This document shows, one piece after another, positions 6,737 to 15,185 of a stretch of 31,728 bases of DNA. The DNA comes from Candidatus Iainarchaeum sp. (GTDB taxonomy: Archaea; Iainarchaeota; Iainarchaeia; Iainarchaeales; Iainarchaeaceae). The position numbers and the translations under genes were made by a program. The stretch is from positions 1 through 31,728 of the forward strand of contig JBDRLP010000057.1 of the NCBI GenBank assembly GCA_043812975.1, in the 5' to 3' direction. The notes beneath the pieces were generated by a model that searched no databases, was not told where the DNA came from, and worked only from the letters and a program-made list of their open reading frames with translations. Each line of letters opens with the position of its first letter. Position 1 is the stretch's first letter.

Positions 6737-7612
6737 TCATTTTTCCCATACTTTGAAATCAATTACAACCTGAATAATATTAGGGGCAAAATCCCTTACT
6801 TTTCGCTTTTCAACAACTCTGAATTTTCTGCCAAGTTTTTCGCACGAATCCTTAATCTGTTTAAGAGGAAGCTCATACGGATTTTCACGGGAAGTAAACT
6901 GATAATAATGTACAATTCCTCCGGAAGATTTGATGTATCTTATTGAATCTTCCAGAAAATTCTCTCCGCCTTTAGGAAGAGGCATTACAGCACGATCAAA
7001 CTTCCCTTTATATTTTTTTGAGAGTTTTTTTACATCTCCCAGAACAGGGTCAACAATACCCTCAACTTTATTTTTCATAACATTTTCTTTCATGTTTTCC
7101 ACTGCGTGAGGATTTAGTTCAATAGCAACTGCTTTTCCCATTTTTGAGTTTTTTGCAAACACAATCGGAAAAGGACCAACTCCTGCAAACAGCGCAGCAA
7201 TATGTTCTCCTTTTTTTATGCGTTCGGAAATTCTTTTCCTTTCAGTTGAAAGCCGAGGAGAAAAGAAAACTTTACCAACCGAAATTTTAAACACACAACC
7301 ATATTCTCTATAGAGTGCAGTCTTGTTTCTTTTTCCTGCAATTATTTTCACTGGTTCTGCTCTGAACTTTCCCTTATGTGCCCCTGTTTTTTTACATACT
7401 GTTTCAATTGAATTGTTAACTTCTAGAAGTGCTTCTCCTATCAGGGCTTCTTTTTTTTCTAATTCAGAGGGAATTTCCATTATCGCAATATTCCCAAGAG
7501 TATCAAATGAGGTTTTCAGAAAAGAAAATTCTTTTTTAGTAAGCTTGGTCTTAAGGGCTTCTTTCAGGTTTCTGGGTTTTAAGCCTTTGAGTTTATTTTT
7601 TGAATTCAGCAT
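6737..7612 (-). CDS. trm5: Trm5/Tyw2-family tRNA methyltransferase (Met-10 type)
   Basis: SFDTLGNIAI, FFSPRLSTER, LFAGVGPF, AIELNP and DRAVMPLPK motifs. The start could be at 7612 or 7633. Confidence 0.85.
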   Translation of the reverse strand: MLNSKNKLKGLKPRNLKEALKTKLTKKEFSFLKTSFDTLGNIAIMEIPSELEKKEALIGEALLEVNNSIETVCKKTGAHKGKFRAEPVKIIAGKRNKTALYREYGCVFKISVGKVFFSPRLSTERKRISERIKKGEHIAALFAGVGPFPIVFAKNSKMGKAVAIELNPHAVENMKENVMKNKVEGIVDPVLGDVKKLSKKYKGKFDRAVMPLPKGGENFLEDSIRYIKSSGGIVHYYQFTSRENPYELPLKQIKDSCEKLGRKFRVVEKRKVRDFAPNIIQVVIDFKVWEK

Positions 7613-7646
7613 AAAATTAATAAGCTGATTCAATGATTATAAATCA

Positions 7647-8504
7647 ATGGTTCAGGAGTTTATTCAGGAGTATTTCTGCAGCCCGATAATTAATCCTGCT
7701 GTTCAGGGTTATAATTTTGTGAATACCTCGGTTTATGCTTTAATATTGCTTTTAGTTGTTTGGTTTGGAATACTCCCTTTTCTGAAAAACAAAGATATTC
7801 CTGTTAATTTTAAGTTCATGCTTGCTTTGCTTCCATACGTTTTCTTTGGAGCGGGTTTCAGAGTATTTAATGACACAGGAATTTTTCAGAAGACATGCAA
7901 CATTTTAGATCCTGCTTTCTTTACATTCACCCCAGGAATCTGGTTTTTAACAGCAGGAATTACAATAACTGCAATTTTGCTAAGCAAAAAAATTTCGACC
8001 GAAGGGAGTCCAGCAGGGACAAAGAATGAGGATTCTTTCTACAAGTACTTCGGAGGAATTGGATTATTGTTTGCAGTTCCTGTACTGCTTTATTTATTCA
8101 GTGTTTTTAAATCATGGGGCGGATTTTTCTTTGTAATAATAATTGCAACCATTATTACACTTCTTACAAAATTTGTTGTTGAACTAAAGGAAAAAAATTT
8201 CTTTAAAAATAAATTAAATGTTCTTGTTGTTGGCGGCCAAGTTTTAGATGGAACCGCAACATTCGTGGCTACGGATATTTTTAACTGCGGAGAACAGCAT
8301 CCCTTAAGTGAATCGATTTTAGGAGTTCACCCTGCTTTATTCATTCTGGTGAAAATTATTCTGGCATTACTCATAATCCATTACGTGGAACGGGATGTTA
8401 AGGATGAAAGAGCAAGAGCATTCATCAAAATAGCAGTAATAATCCTTGGTTTTGCTACCGGAAGCAGGGATTTGCTTACTTTAGGCGCAGGAACGTGCTT
8501 ATAA
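7647..8504 (+). CDS. DUF63-family archaeal membrane protein
   Basis: GYNFVNT.VY, PY..FG..FRV..D, LDG.AT, EQHPL and LGFATG.RD motifs, with multiple TM helices. Confidence 0.88.
   Translation: MVQEFIQEYFCSPIINPAVQGYNFVNTSVYALILLLVVWFGILPFLKNKDIPVNFKFMLALLPYVFFGAGFRVFNDTGIFQKTCNILDPAFFTFTPGIWFLTAGITITAILLSKKISTEGSPAGTKNEDSFYKYFGGIGLLFAVPVLLYLFSVFKSWGGFFFVIIIATIITLLTKFVVELKEKNFFKNKLNVLVVGGQVLDGTATFVATDIFNCGEQHPLSESILGVHPALFILVKIILALLIIHYVERDVKDERARAFIKIAVIILGFATGSRDLLTLGAGTCL
7996..8020 (+). repeat. Short GC-rich palindromic (REP-like) segment read in frame within the DUF63 gene
   Basis: cgaccgaagggagtccagcagggac is 17/25 GC in AT-rich context, with mini-hairpins cc-GAA-gg and gtcc-N5-ggac. Confidence 0.4.
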
Positions 8505-8527
8505 ATTTATTCAAAAATCATTCTTAT

Positions 8528-9289
8528 ATGCTATATTTAATCGGAATTGGTTTGAAGCCAAAACACATAACTTCAGAGGCACTGGAATGCCTGAAAGAAT
8601 GTGAAAAGACTTACTTGGAAGTTTATACTTCACAGTACTCTGAAGGGTCAAAGGAAGAACTGGAAGACCTTATTGGAAAAGCACTTACTGAACTTTCAAG
8701 AAAAGAAGTTGAGGAAGAATTTCAGCAGGTTCTGGAAGAAGCCAAAAACAAGAACATTGCACTGTGTGTTTACGGAAACCCAATGAATGCTACTACTCAT
8801 TTACAGATTATTCTTGATGCACAAAAACTAGGAGTTAAAACAAAACTAATTCCGGGTTTAAGCATTTTTGAATTTGTTGGGTTCACTGGTTTAGAAAGAT
8901 ACAAATTCGGAAAAACCACGAGCATTGTTTTTCAGGAACCAGAATACGAACCTGAAAGTTTTTATGATGTAATAATCGAAAACAAGGAAAAAGGATTACA
9001 CACACTTTGCTTACTTGACATCAAAAAAGATCAGGATAAAATGATGAGTATTACACACGCACTATCCTTGCTTGAAAGTATTGAAGTTAAACGCGAGAAA
9101 AATGTTTTAGGAGAAAGTATTTTTGTCGGACTAGCAGGAGTAAGTGGAGAAAAACAACAGATAAAAGCAGGTTCTATTCAGGAACTTAAAAAATTTAATT
9201 TTTCACAATACCCTCAGTCAGTTATTGTATGCGGCAAGCTTAATGAGAAGGAAATAGAAGGGCTAAAGGCATTGAGTGATCTTAAATGA
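8528..9289 (+). CDS. dph5: Diphthine synthase
   Basis: MLYLIGIGL, YLEVYTS, G.PM.ATTH, GL..YKFGKT and GLHTLCLLDI motifs. Confidence 0.95.
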   Translation: MLYLIGIGLKPKHITSEALECLKECEKTYLEVYTSQYSEGSKEELEDLIGKALTELSRKEVEEEFQQVLEEAKNKNIALCVYGNPMNATTHLQIILDAQKLGVKTKLIPGLSIFEFVGFTGLERYKFGKTTSIVFQEPEYEPESFYDVIIENKEKGLHTLCLLDIKKDQDKMMSITHALSLLESIEVKREKNVLGESIFVGLAGVSGEKQQIKAGSIQELKKFNFSQYPQSVIVCGKLNEKEIEGLKALSDLK

Positions 9290-9555
9290 GCGAGAATATT
9301 GAAGAAAAGGTTTCAAAGTACAGAGAATTAACAAAAAGAGCACTTGAAAAAGTAGGAATTATTGATACTGAAAAAGGAAATGAATTATTGGAAATGGCCA
9401 GAAACTATTACAGCGATGCAATGCACTTTGAAAAGGAAGGAAAGCTTCTTACTGCACTGGCTGCTTATTCCTATGCTCATGCATGGATTGATTGCGGAGT
9501 GAGATTAGGGTTTTTAGACGGGAAAAATGATAATCAGCTTTTTGTTTTACCTTGA
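9286..9555 (+). CDS. DUF357-domain protein
   Basis: MA..Y.SDA.HF...G....ALAA.SYAHAWID.G.RLG pattern; coupled to dph5 by an ATGA overlap. Confidence 0.9.
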   Translation: MSENIEEKVSKYRELTKRALEKVGIIDTEKGNELLEMARNYYSDAMHFEKEGKLLTALAAYSYAHAWIDCGVRLGFLDGKNDNQLFVLP

Positions 9556-9593
9556 GCATACATAACCAATAAATATCTGTTTTCCCCATATAA

Positions 9594-10076
9594 TTGAGTG
9601 ATTTTATGGGTGTTTATGATTCAGGTTTAAACCTAGATTTTGGATTCAGGTTTGATAAAAAAAAGTTCATTCCAATAATCGGAGTACTTGTTGTACTGAT
9701 AATTCTTGCTTACATTGTGATTTATGTTGTTTCAAATTATGAGTCAAGCCCTATGGAATTCAGATTTGAAAAAAACCCAATAAAAAACGGTGAACAGACA
9801 AAAGTTTTTGTTAAAATTTCAAACCAAACAAAAACTGATGCAGAAAATGTTTCTCTCACTTTAAAGGCAAAAGAGATTAGTGATTTTGATATTATCCCCC
9901 TGAATGAAAAGTTTGATGGTTCAATTAAACTTTTATCATCAGGAACTTCCAGAGAAATAACTTTTCTGATTAATCCTATTGGAGAAGTTCTCCCCGGAAC
10001 ATACACTTTAGTTGCTGAATCAATAATTAATGGACAGCTTCACAAAAAAGAAACAAAACTTTTTGTTGAAAACTGA
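9594..10076 (+). CDS. Single-TM protein with a beta-rich Ig/CARDB-like domain
   Basis: N-terminal hydrophobic helix followed by VKISN...AENV and PGTYTL patterns. The start is TTG 9594 or ATG 9606. Confidence 0.7.
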   Translation: MSDFMGVYDSGLNLDFGFRFDKKKFIPIIGVLVVLIILAYIVIYVVSNYESSPMEFRFEKNPIKNGEQTKVFVKISNQTKTDAENVSLTLKAKEISDFDIIPLNEKFDGSIKLLSSGTSREITFLINPIGEVLPGTYTLVAESIINGQLHKKETKLFVEN

Positions 10077-10086
10077 GTTTTCAAAA

Positions 10087-10359
10087 CTAATACCTTATTT
10101 CAAAACTGGAAAATTCTTTAATAGCTTTTGATTTATTAACAGCAATATTTTCAATATGCGAAAGCGGAGGGCCTTTTTTTAATTCAGTTAGAAATTTTTC
10201 AATTTTTTCTTTTTTCCCCTCAGCAACCACTTCTACTGAACCATCAGCAAGGTTTTTTACAAAACCTTTCAATCCAAGAGAAGAAGCAATTTGTAAAGCA
10301 AAAGCTCTAAAACTAACCCCCTGAACTCTTCCAGAAACTAATATTTCAATTCTCTCCAC
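10087..10359 (-). CDS. acyP: Acylphosphatase
   Basis: VSGRVQGVSFR and GFVKNLADGSVEVVAEG signatures; GTG start with a GGGTGA RBS. Confidence 0.95.
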   Translation of the reverse strand: MERIEILVSGRVQGVSFRAFALQIASSLGLKGFVKNLADGSVEVVAEGKKEKIEKFLTELKKGPPLSHIENIAVNKSKAIKEFSSFEIRY

Positions 10360-10780
10360 TTTTATCACCCAGAATATCAAGGGCTTCTTTGAAAATTCGT
10401 TTATTATCATTATGTGTTAAAAATGATTCAACTTCACTTTCTTCAACCCATTTGAAAGCATCATGCTCAGTAATTTCCTGTTCTAAATTAACAGGTTCAT
10501 CCATATTTCCTTTCAAAACAAACGGAGTGTAAACATATTTTGTGTCTTTTGCAATCCAAGTAAATTTTTGTGGTAGATTAGAAATAATTTTCACCTGACT
10601 TAAACTGCTTTCCTCATCAATTTCCCTTAACAAAGCCTGTTCGGGAAGTTCATTTTCATCAATACCACCCTTTAAAAATTCCCACCCGGTCCAGTTTAAA
10701 ACTCTATGAAGAATAAGGAAATATCTTTTGCCTTCGCGTTCATCATAAATAATTGCGGTAACGCCATGCTTTTCTTTCAT
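10346..10780 (-). CDS. NUDIX hydrolase (Ap4A hydrolase-like)
   Basis: Nudix box KGGIDENELPEQALLREIDEES and an EHDAFKW motif. Confidence 0.9.
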   Translation of the reverse strand: MKEKHGVTAIIYDEREGKRYFLILHRVLNWTGWEFLKGGIDENELPEQALLREIDEESSLSQVKIISNLPQKFTWIAKDTKYVYTPFVLKGNMDEPVNLEQEITEHDAFKWVEESEVESFLTHNDNKRIFKEALDILGDKSGEN

Positions 10781-10789
10781 AAATATTAA

Positions 10790-11692
10790 TTATTCAGATT
10801 CTTTTTTAGGAGCCATGCCTGTTTTTTCCAGCAAGTCGTCATAATTTAGGTTAGCCTGTTGCTGAATATGCTCAATCTGCTTTTCATCCAAATGTTTGAA
10901 TCTTTTTTGTAATGCTAAATACTCTTTCACCGGCTTTGGGTTTGAAGGATTAAAGTTCAATTTATATTTTCCGTTTTCAACCTCAAATAAATACCAAAGT
11001 CTCGTCTGAACCGCAAGCTTTGCGACTTTTATTGTAATTCCGCCATCAAAACCAGCACCTAAACAACAAGGAGCATCAATTGTAATGAAAGTCGGTCCCT
11101 TGATTTCCTTTGCTTTTTTTAATTTCATTTGCATATCAGCATAATAAGCAACTGAAGCTGAAGCAGCATAAGGAATTCCGTGAGCTGCGGCTATTTCTAC
11201 AATTGGTTTTCTTTCAGTTTCTTTTCCTTTGTGCACTGAACCCACCTCAGTAGTGGTTGTTGCCGCACCGTAAGGAGTTGCTCCGGATTTTTGAACGCCT
11301 GTGTTAGCATAAAGTTGATTATCATAGCAAACGTAAAGTACATTGTCTCTTCTTTCAAACATTCCACTCAAAGCACCAAAACCAATATCATAAGTAGAAC
11401 CATCTCCGGCAATAACAACAACTTTTGTGTGGTCATTTCCCTGAGCTTTCAAAGCAGCAGCTACACCAGAGGCCACTGCAGGAGCATTTTGAAACAAGCA
11501 ATGAATATAAGGAACTCTCCAGGCACTATGAGGGTACTGACTTGAAGTTATTTCCATGCAACCGGTTGCATTAACCACAATAATATCATCACCCAGAGTA
11601 TCAGTAACCTGAATTAAAACATTGCTTGGACCACAACCAGGACAACCACTGTGACCTGGAGAAAAAAGATGCATTTTGGATTGCTCGCTCAC
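10790..11692 (-). CDS. porB: Pyruvate/2-oxoacid:ferredoxin oxidoreductase beta subunit
   Basis: GHSGCPGCG, ATGCME and TPP motif GDG...YDNQLYANTGVQKS. Confidence 0.95.
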   Translation of the reverse strand: MSEQSKMHLFSPGHSGCPGCGPSNVLIQVTDTLGDDIIVVNATGCMEITSSQYPHSAWRVPYIHCLFQNAPAVASGVAAALKAQGNDHTKVVVIAGDGSTYDIGFGALSGMFERRDNVLYVCYDNQLYANTGVQKSGATPYGAATTTTEVGSVHKGKETERKPIVEIAAAHGIPYAASASVAYYADMQMKLKKAKEIKGPTFITIDAPCCLGAGFDGGITIKVAKLAVQTRLWYLFEVENGKYKLNFNPSNPKPVKEYLALQKRFKHLDEKQIEHIQQQANLNYDDLLEKTGMAPKKESE

Positions 11693-12849
11693 ATTTTCAC
11701 CTCTTCGTGTTTTAAATTATGAGTTCTTGGAGTAATCCATTTTTTCACAGGCCCTTTCTTCAAATCTTCATACAATTTTCTAACTTCAACTCTTCTCACG
11801 CCTCTTCCACCCAAACCGCCATAGAAACTTGAAATCTCTGTTTTTGTTCCACTTAACGCTTCTGCAATATCAACATAGATTGGCGCCTGAGAACCAATAC
11901 TAAGATCTCTATCAATAACCCCGACTTTCCTGCCTTCCAAAACTTTTCTTAACTCTTCTCTCGGGAATGGCCTGAAAATCCTCAAGTGAACTGCTCCAAC
12001 TTTTTCCCCTTTTTCACGAAGCTCATCAACAACAGTAAAAACATTATCCATTGGCGATCCAATACCAACAAGTACACGATCAGCATCTTTAACTTTGTAA
12101 TCTTCAATCAAACCATATTTTCTTCCGGAAATTTTTCCCCATTTTTCTCCTGCTTCAATCAAAAGTTTTTTTGATTTTTCCATATCCTTTACAACATCTT
12201 CTCTAAAATCCTGATAATGAGTTGGATTAGCATAAACTCCCAAAGAAACAGGGTTTTTTGGATCTAGTTTTAATGGAGACTTAAAAGGAGGAAGAAATTC
12301 CTGTACTTTTTTTTCTTCTACAACATCAACCTGTTCTACAGAGTGAGTTAAAAGAAAACCATCAAGACAAATCATTACCGGTAAAAGTATTTTTTCAGCA
12401 ACATAATATGCCTGCGGAACTGCGTCTACTGCTTCCTGATTATTTTTACAATAAATTTGTATCCACCCGTTATCACGCTGACTTATAGTGTCTTGAGTAT
12501 CATTCCAAATGTTTAAAGGAGATGAAACAGCTCTGTTTCCAACAACCATTACTATTGGCAAACGCATCCCTGCAGCACTAAATAATGGTTCATGCATATA
12601 AAGAAGTCCCTGCCCCCCAGTAGTGCTGAATGTTCTTGCTCCTGCAGCACTTGCTCCGATAAGAGCAGAGATTGCTGAAAATTCTGCTTCAACAGTAAGG
12701 TATTCTGGAATTTTCCCATCAGCATAAAATTTATTTAATTCATTTGTAAGCGGAGTGGTTGGCGTTATTGGATAACAAGCCAATACATCTGGTTTGCAAT
12801 TAACAACCATGTCTCCTATTACTCTTGCACCAGCCTTTGTTTTAATCAT
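11689..12849 (-). CDS. porA: Pyruvate/2-oxoacid:ferredoxin oxidoreductase alpha subunit
   Basis: YPITPT, EAEFSA, GLLYMHE and DGFLLTH motifs. Confidence 0.95.
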   Translation of the reverse strand: MIKTKAGARVIGDMVVNCKPDVLACYPITPTTPLTNELNKFYADGKIPEYLTVEAEFSAISALIGASAAGARTFSTTGGQGLLYMHEPLFSAAGMRLPIVMVVGNRAVSSPLNIWNDTQDTISQRDNGWIQIYCKNNQEAVDAVPQAYYVAEKILLPVMICLDGFLLTHSVEQVDVVEEKKVQEFLPPFKSPLKLDPKNPVSLGVYANPTHYQDFREDVVKDMEKSKKLLIEAGEKWGKISGRKYGLIEDYKVKDADRVLVGIGSPMDNVFTVVDELREKGEKVGAVHLRIFRPFPREELRKVLEGRKVGVIDRDLSIGSQAPIYVDIAEALSGTKTEISSFYGGLGGRGVRRVEVRKLYEDLKKGPVKKWITPRTHNLKHEEVKM

Positions 12850-13093
12850 CTTCAACTCTCTCCATCTTAATGCATTTCACAGGACATTCATTAGCACAAA
12901 TACTGCACCCTTTACAATAATCATAATCGATTTCAGGAATCTTTTTAACAACACCCATAATTCCTTCCGGACAAAAGTTCTGACAGATTCCGCATTTAAT
13001 ACATTTATCTCCATCAACTACAGGCATGTATGATTTCCATTCTCCTGTGTGGTTATCTGTTGCGGTTCCAGGTTTTGCATGCGGAATAATCAT
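12842..13093 (-). CDS. porD: POR delta subunit (2x[4Fe-4S] ferredoxin-like)
   Basis: TGEWK..PVVD..KCIKCGICQNFCPE and DYDYCKGCSICANECP. Confidence 0.95.
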   Translation of the reverse strand: MIIPHAKPGTATDNHTGEWKSYMPVVDGDKCIKCGICQNFCPEGIMGVVKKIPEIDYDYCKGCSICANECPVKCIKMERVEDD

Positions 13094-13217
13094 GATTTCA
13101 CCTCCACAGTTTCCCCCTTGCGGGGACTTCGCTCAAGCGAAGCGGCTGTGGGGTACGATAGCCTATACGCAGTATAGGCTTGGCTCACTACGTTCGCAAT
13201 AATCATTCTTTCACCTC
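13085..13217. mobile_element. 93-bp GC-rich palindromic (REP/MITE-like) insertion at 13105-13197, flanked by a 20-bp imperfect direct repeat
   Basis: Insert is 54/93 GC with several hairpins. Flanks are 13085-13104 aataatcatgatttcacctc and 13198-13217 aataatcattctttcacctc (18/20). Confidence 0.7.
13090..13206 (-). CDS. 38-codon ORF spanning the insertion (MIIANVVSQAYTAYRLSYPTAASLERSPRKGETVEVKS)
   Basis: Its ATG overlaps the porG TGA and its TGA overlaps the porD ATG; a GAGGTGA RBS lies upstream. The product may have no function. Confidence 0.45.
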   Translation of the reverse strand: MIIANVVSQAYTAYRLSYPTAASLERSPRKGETVEVKS

Positions 13218-13766
13218 TTCAACATCTATTTTGTCATAAATTTCCTGTATAGCATTAATATTCGCGTTTACTATTTTTTCCGGAAACTTATCTCCAAGTT
13301 TTTCCTTAATTGCTCTTTTAACGGACTCAAGTTTTACAACTCCGGTAATTTTACAAAATGCTCCAAGCATTACTGTGTTTAAGATTAATTTTTTGAAATG
13401 TTTTAAAGCTACTTCAGTTGCGTCAACTGTGAAAACTCTTTTTGCTTTCAAACCAAGTTCTTCAGGTTTTTTGTCAGAATTAATTATAACAATTCCATTC
13501 TCTTTTAATCCTGCACAAACATCAACCGAATCCATTATTGAAGGATCTCCGACAATAACATAATCAGGTTCTGATATTTCTTCGTGAATAGTAATTTGTT
13601 TATCATCTATTCTGGCATAAGCTTCAACAGGAGGGCCTCTTTTTTCAGAACCAAAAAAGGGAAATGCTTGACTATACTTACCCTCATAATGTGCAGCCAA
13701 AGCTATTAATTCTGCTCCGGTAACCATTCCCTGACCGGCTCTTGCATGCAATCTAATCTCTTTCAT
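13203..13766 (-). CDS. porG: POR gamma subunit
   Basis: EIRLHARAGQG, FPFFGSEKRGPPV and NTVMLGA motifs. Confidence 0.95.
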   Translation of the reverse strand: MKEIRLHARAGQGMVTGAELIALAAHYEGKYSQAFPFFGSEKRGPPVEAYARIDDKQITIHEEISEPDYVIVGDPSIMDSVDVCAGLKENGIVIINSDKKPEELGLKAKRVFTVDATEVALKHFKKLILNTVMLGAFCKITGVVKLESVKRAIKEKLGDKFPEKIVNANINAIQEIYDKIDVEEVKE

Positions 13767-13834
13767 CTATGAATGAATCAGTGAGAAGTATTTAAAGGTT
13801 ACGTTAAATGCCAATAAAAAAAACGTTAATTGAC

Positions 13835-13855
13835 TTAGCAAGGTATAATTGCTAA
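13835..13855. promoter_or_regulatory. Palindrome TTAGCAA-N7-TTGCTAA upstream of the por operon
   Basis: Perfect 7-bp arms in the cutA-porG intergenic region. Confidence 0.3.
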
Positions 13856-13895
13856 TTAACACTGTTAAAGACTGTTTGCAGGACTTTCATTTTAT

Positions 13896-14195
13896 TTAAA
13901 GTTCTCCTTCAACCCATGCAGAATATTCATTATTAGCACTCACAGGCACCCGAATAATACATGGCACTTCATAAGAATGTAATTCCTTAATCCGTTTTTC
14001 TGCATCACTGGATTTTTCCTCAACTGTCTTTGCAAAAATAATAAACTCTTTAGAATTTTCTCTTTTACCTTTCCAATTGAAAATTGATTTACTCTCAATA
14101 ATATTTGCACACGCAATAAGTTTTTCATCTAAAAGAGTGTTTGAAATTTTTTCAGATTCTTCTTTTGAAGAACTAGTAATGTAAAATAAAATCAT
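13896..14195 (-). CDS. cutA: Divalent cation tolerance protein CutA
   Basis: KLIACANI, S.F.WKG and LHSYEVPCI motifs. Confidence 0.95.
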   Translation of the reverse strand: MILFYITSSSKEESEKISNTLLDEKLIACANIIESKSIFNWKGKRENSKEFIIFAKTVEEKSSDAEKRIKELHSYEVPCIIRVPVSANNEYSAWVEGEL

Positions 14196-14314
14196 TTTTT
14201 TTCAGCTTCTAATCTTTCAACAATCAGTTTGTAAATATAATACAAAATCACAAAAACTATTAAGGCGCCAATTATGAATTCGATTATCGGTACAAAGTCT
14301 AATAGAATAATCAT
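14192..14314 (-). CDS. 40-aa single-TM membrane microprotein (MIILLDFVPIIEFIIGALIVFVILYYIYKLIVERLEAEKK), absent from the ORF track
   Basis: Fills the gap exactly, with ATGA overlaps to both the upstream gene and cutA; hydrophobic helix followed by a charged tail. Confidence 0.75.
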   Translation of the reverse strand: MIILLDFVPIIEFIIGALIVFVILYYIYKLIVERLEAEKK

Positions 14315-15147
14315 TCTATGACCGCCCCTAAATAGAAATACCAAATTCCTGCAAGAACAACAACCCCTATAATAATTAATAAAAGAACAACAATGTTCAG
14401 TGCATTACTTTCTTTTTGTTTGTACTCAACTTTTTTATTCACCCTTGAATCAAGAATTTCCTTTGCAAGACTTGAAGCTGTTTCTTCCTGCCACTCAGAA
14501 GGAGCAACATTATTTTTTTGCGCAACTTTTTGCACAATTGGTTCCTTTTTAGAAGAAAAACTTTCATCAACAGAAGATTTTTCAGGAATTGGTTTTGGTT
14601 CCTGTTGCACTTTAAATTTAGCTGGCTTAAAAGGCTCTGGTTTTGGCTCAGGCCTCTGAACCGGTTTTGGCGGAATTGGTTCTGGAATAGGTTCTGGTTC
14701 AACCGGTTCTGGTTTTTCCTCTAAGGGATCATTTTGAGTAAATTTTTCGTCATAACCAAATCCTATTTTTGAAATGATTTCATCAGTTTTATCAGAATTT
14801 CTTTCATGTGGTTGCGTACCCAAATCTTTTCGCATTGAATAGGGTTTGCTTCCAAAAGCAGCACCTACTGTTTGTTTGGAATCAGACTCTGACTTTGGTT
14901 TTTGTTTCAAAAAACCAAACAAACCTTTTCCTTCAGATTTAGGTTTTGGCGGAACAGATTTTGGGTTTTGTTCAGGAGAAGTTTGTCTTCCAAATAAAGA
15001 AGCACGGCTTTTGTCAGGAGCAGACTCTGTTGTAGTTTGTTTCTGAGAATTATCAGGATAAATACTTGATTCAGTATTAACTGAATCTGATTGACCTGGT
15101 TTCTTTACCTGTTTTTTTAAACTGTTAAAAATACTTTCCTTTTCCAT
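14311..15147 (-). CDS. Low-complexity Pro/Glu/Lys/Ser-rich protein with a C-terminal TM anchor
   Basis: PEP/PKP repeats, a hydrophilic body and one hydrophobic helix at the extreme C-terminus. Confidence 0.8.
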   Translation of the reverse strand: MEKESIFNSLKKQVKKPGQSDSVNTESSIYPDNSQKQTTTESAPDKSRASLFGRQTSPEQNPKSVPPKPKSEGKGLFGFLKQKPKSESDSKQTVGAAFGSKPYSMRKDLGTQPHERNSDKTDEIISKIGFGYDEKFTQNDPLEEKPEPVEPEPIPEPIPPKPVQRPEPKPEPFKPAKFKVQQEPKPIPEKSSVDESFSSKKEPIVQKVAQKNNVAPSEWQEETASSLAKEILDSRVNKKVEYKQKESNALNIVVLLLIIIGVVVLAGIWYFYLGAVIE

Positions 15148-15185
15148 CAAGGTAAAAGTAGTCTATTCCACTATATAAAAGTAAT

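Noticed and set aside
13105..13197. GC-rich structured segment read as a tRNA or known riboswitch
   Set aside because: It has no cloverleaf with D/T-loop consensus and no aptamer I recognise; the flanking duplication favours an inserted repeat.
14620..14720. ggttctgg-type short repeats
   Set aside because: They encode the PEP/PKP low-complexity linker and are not an independent DNA element.
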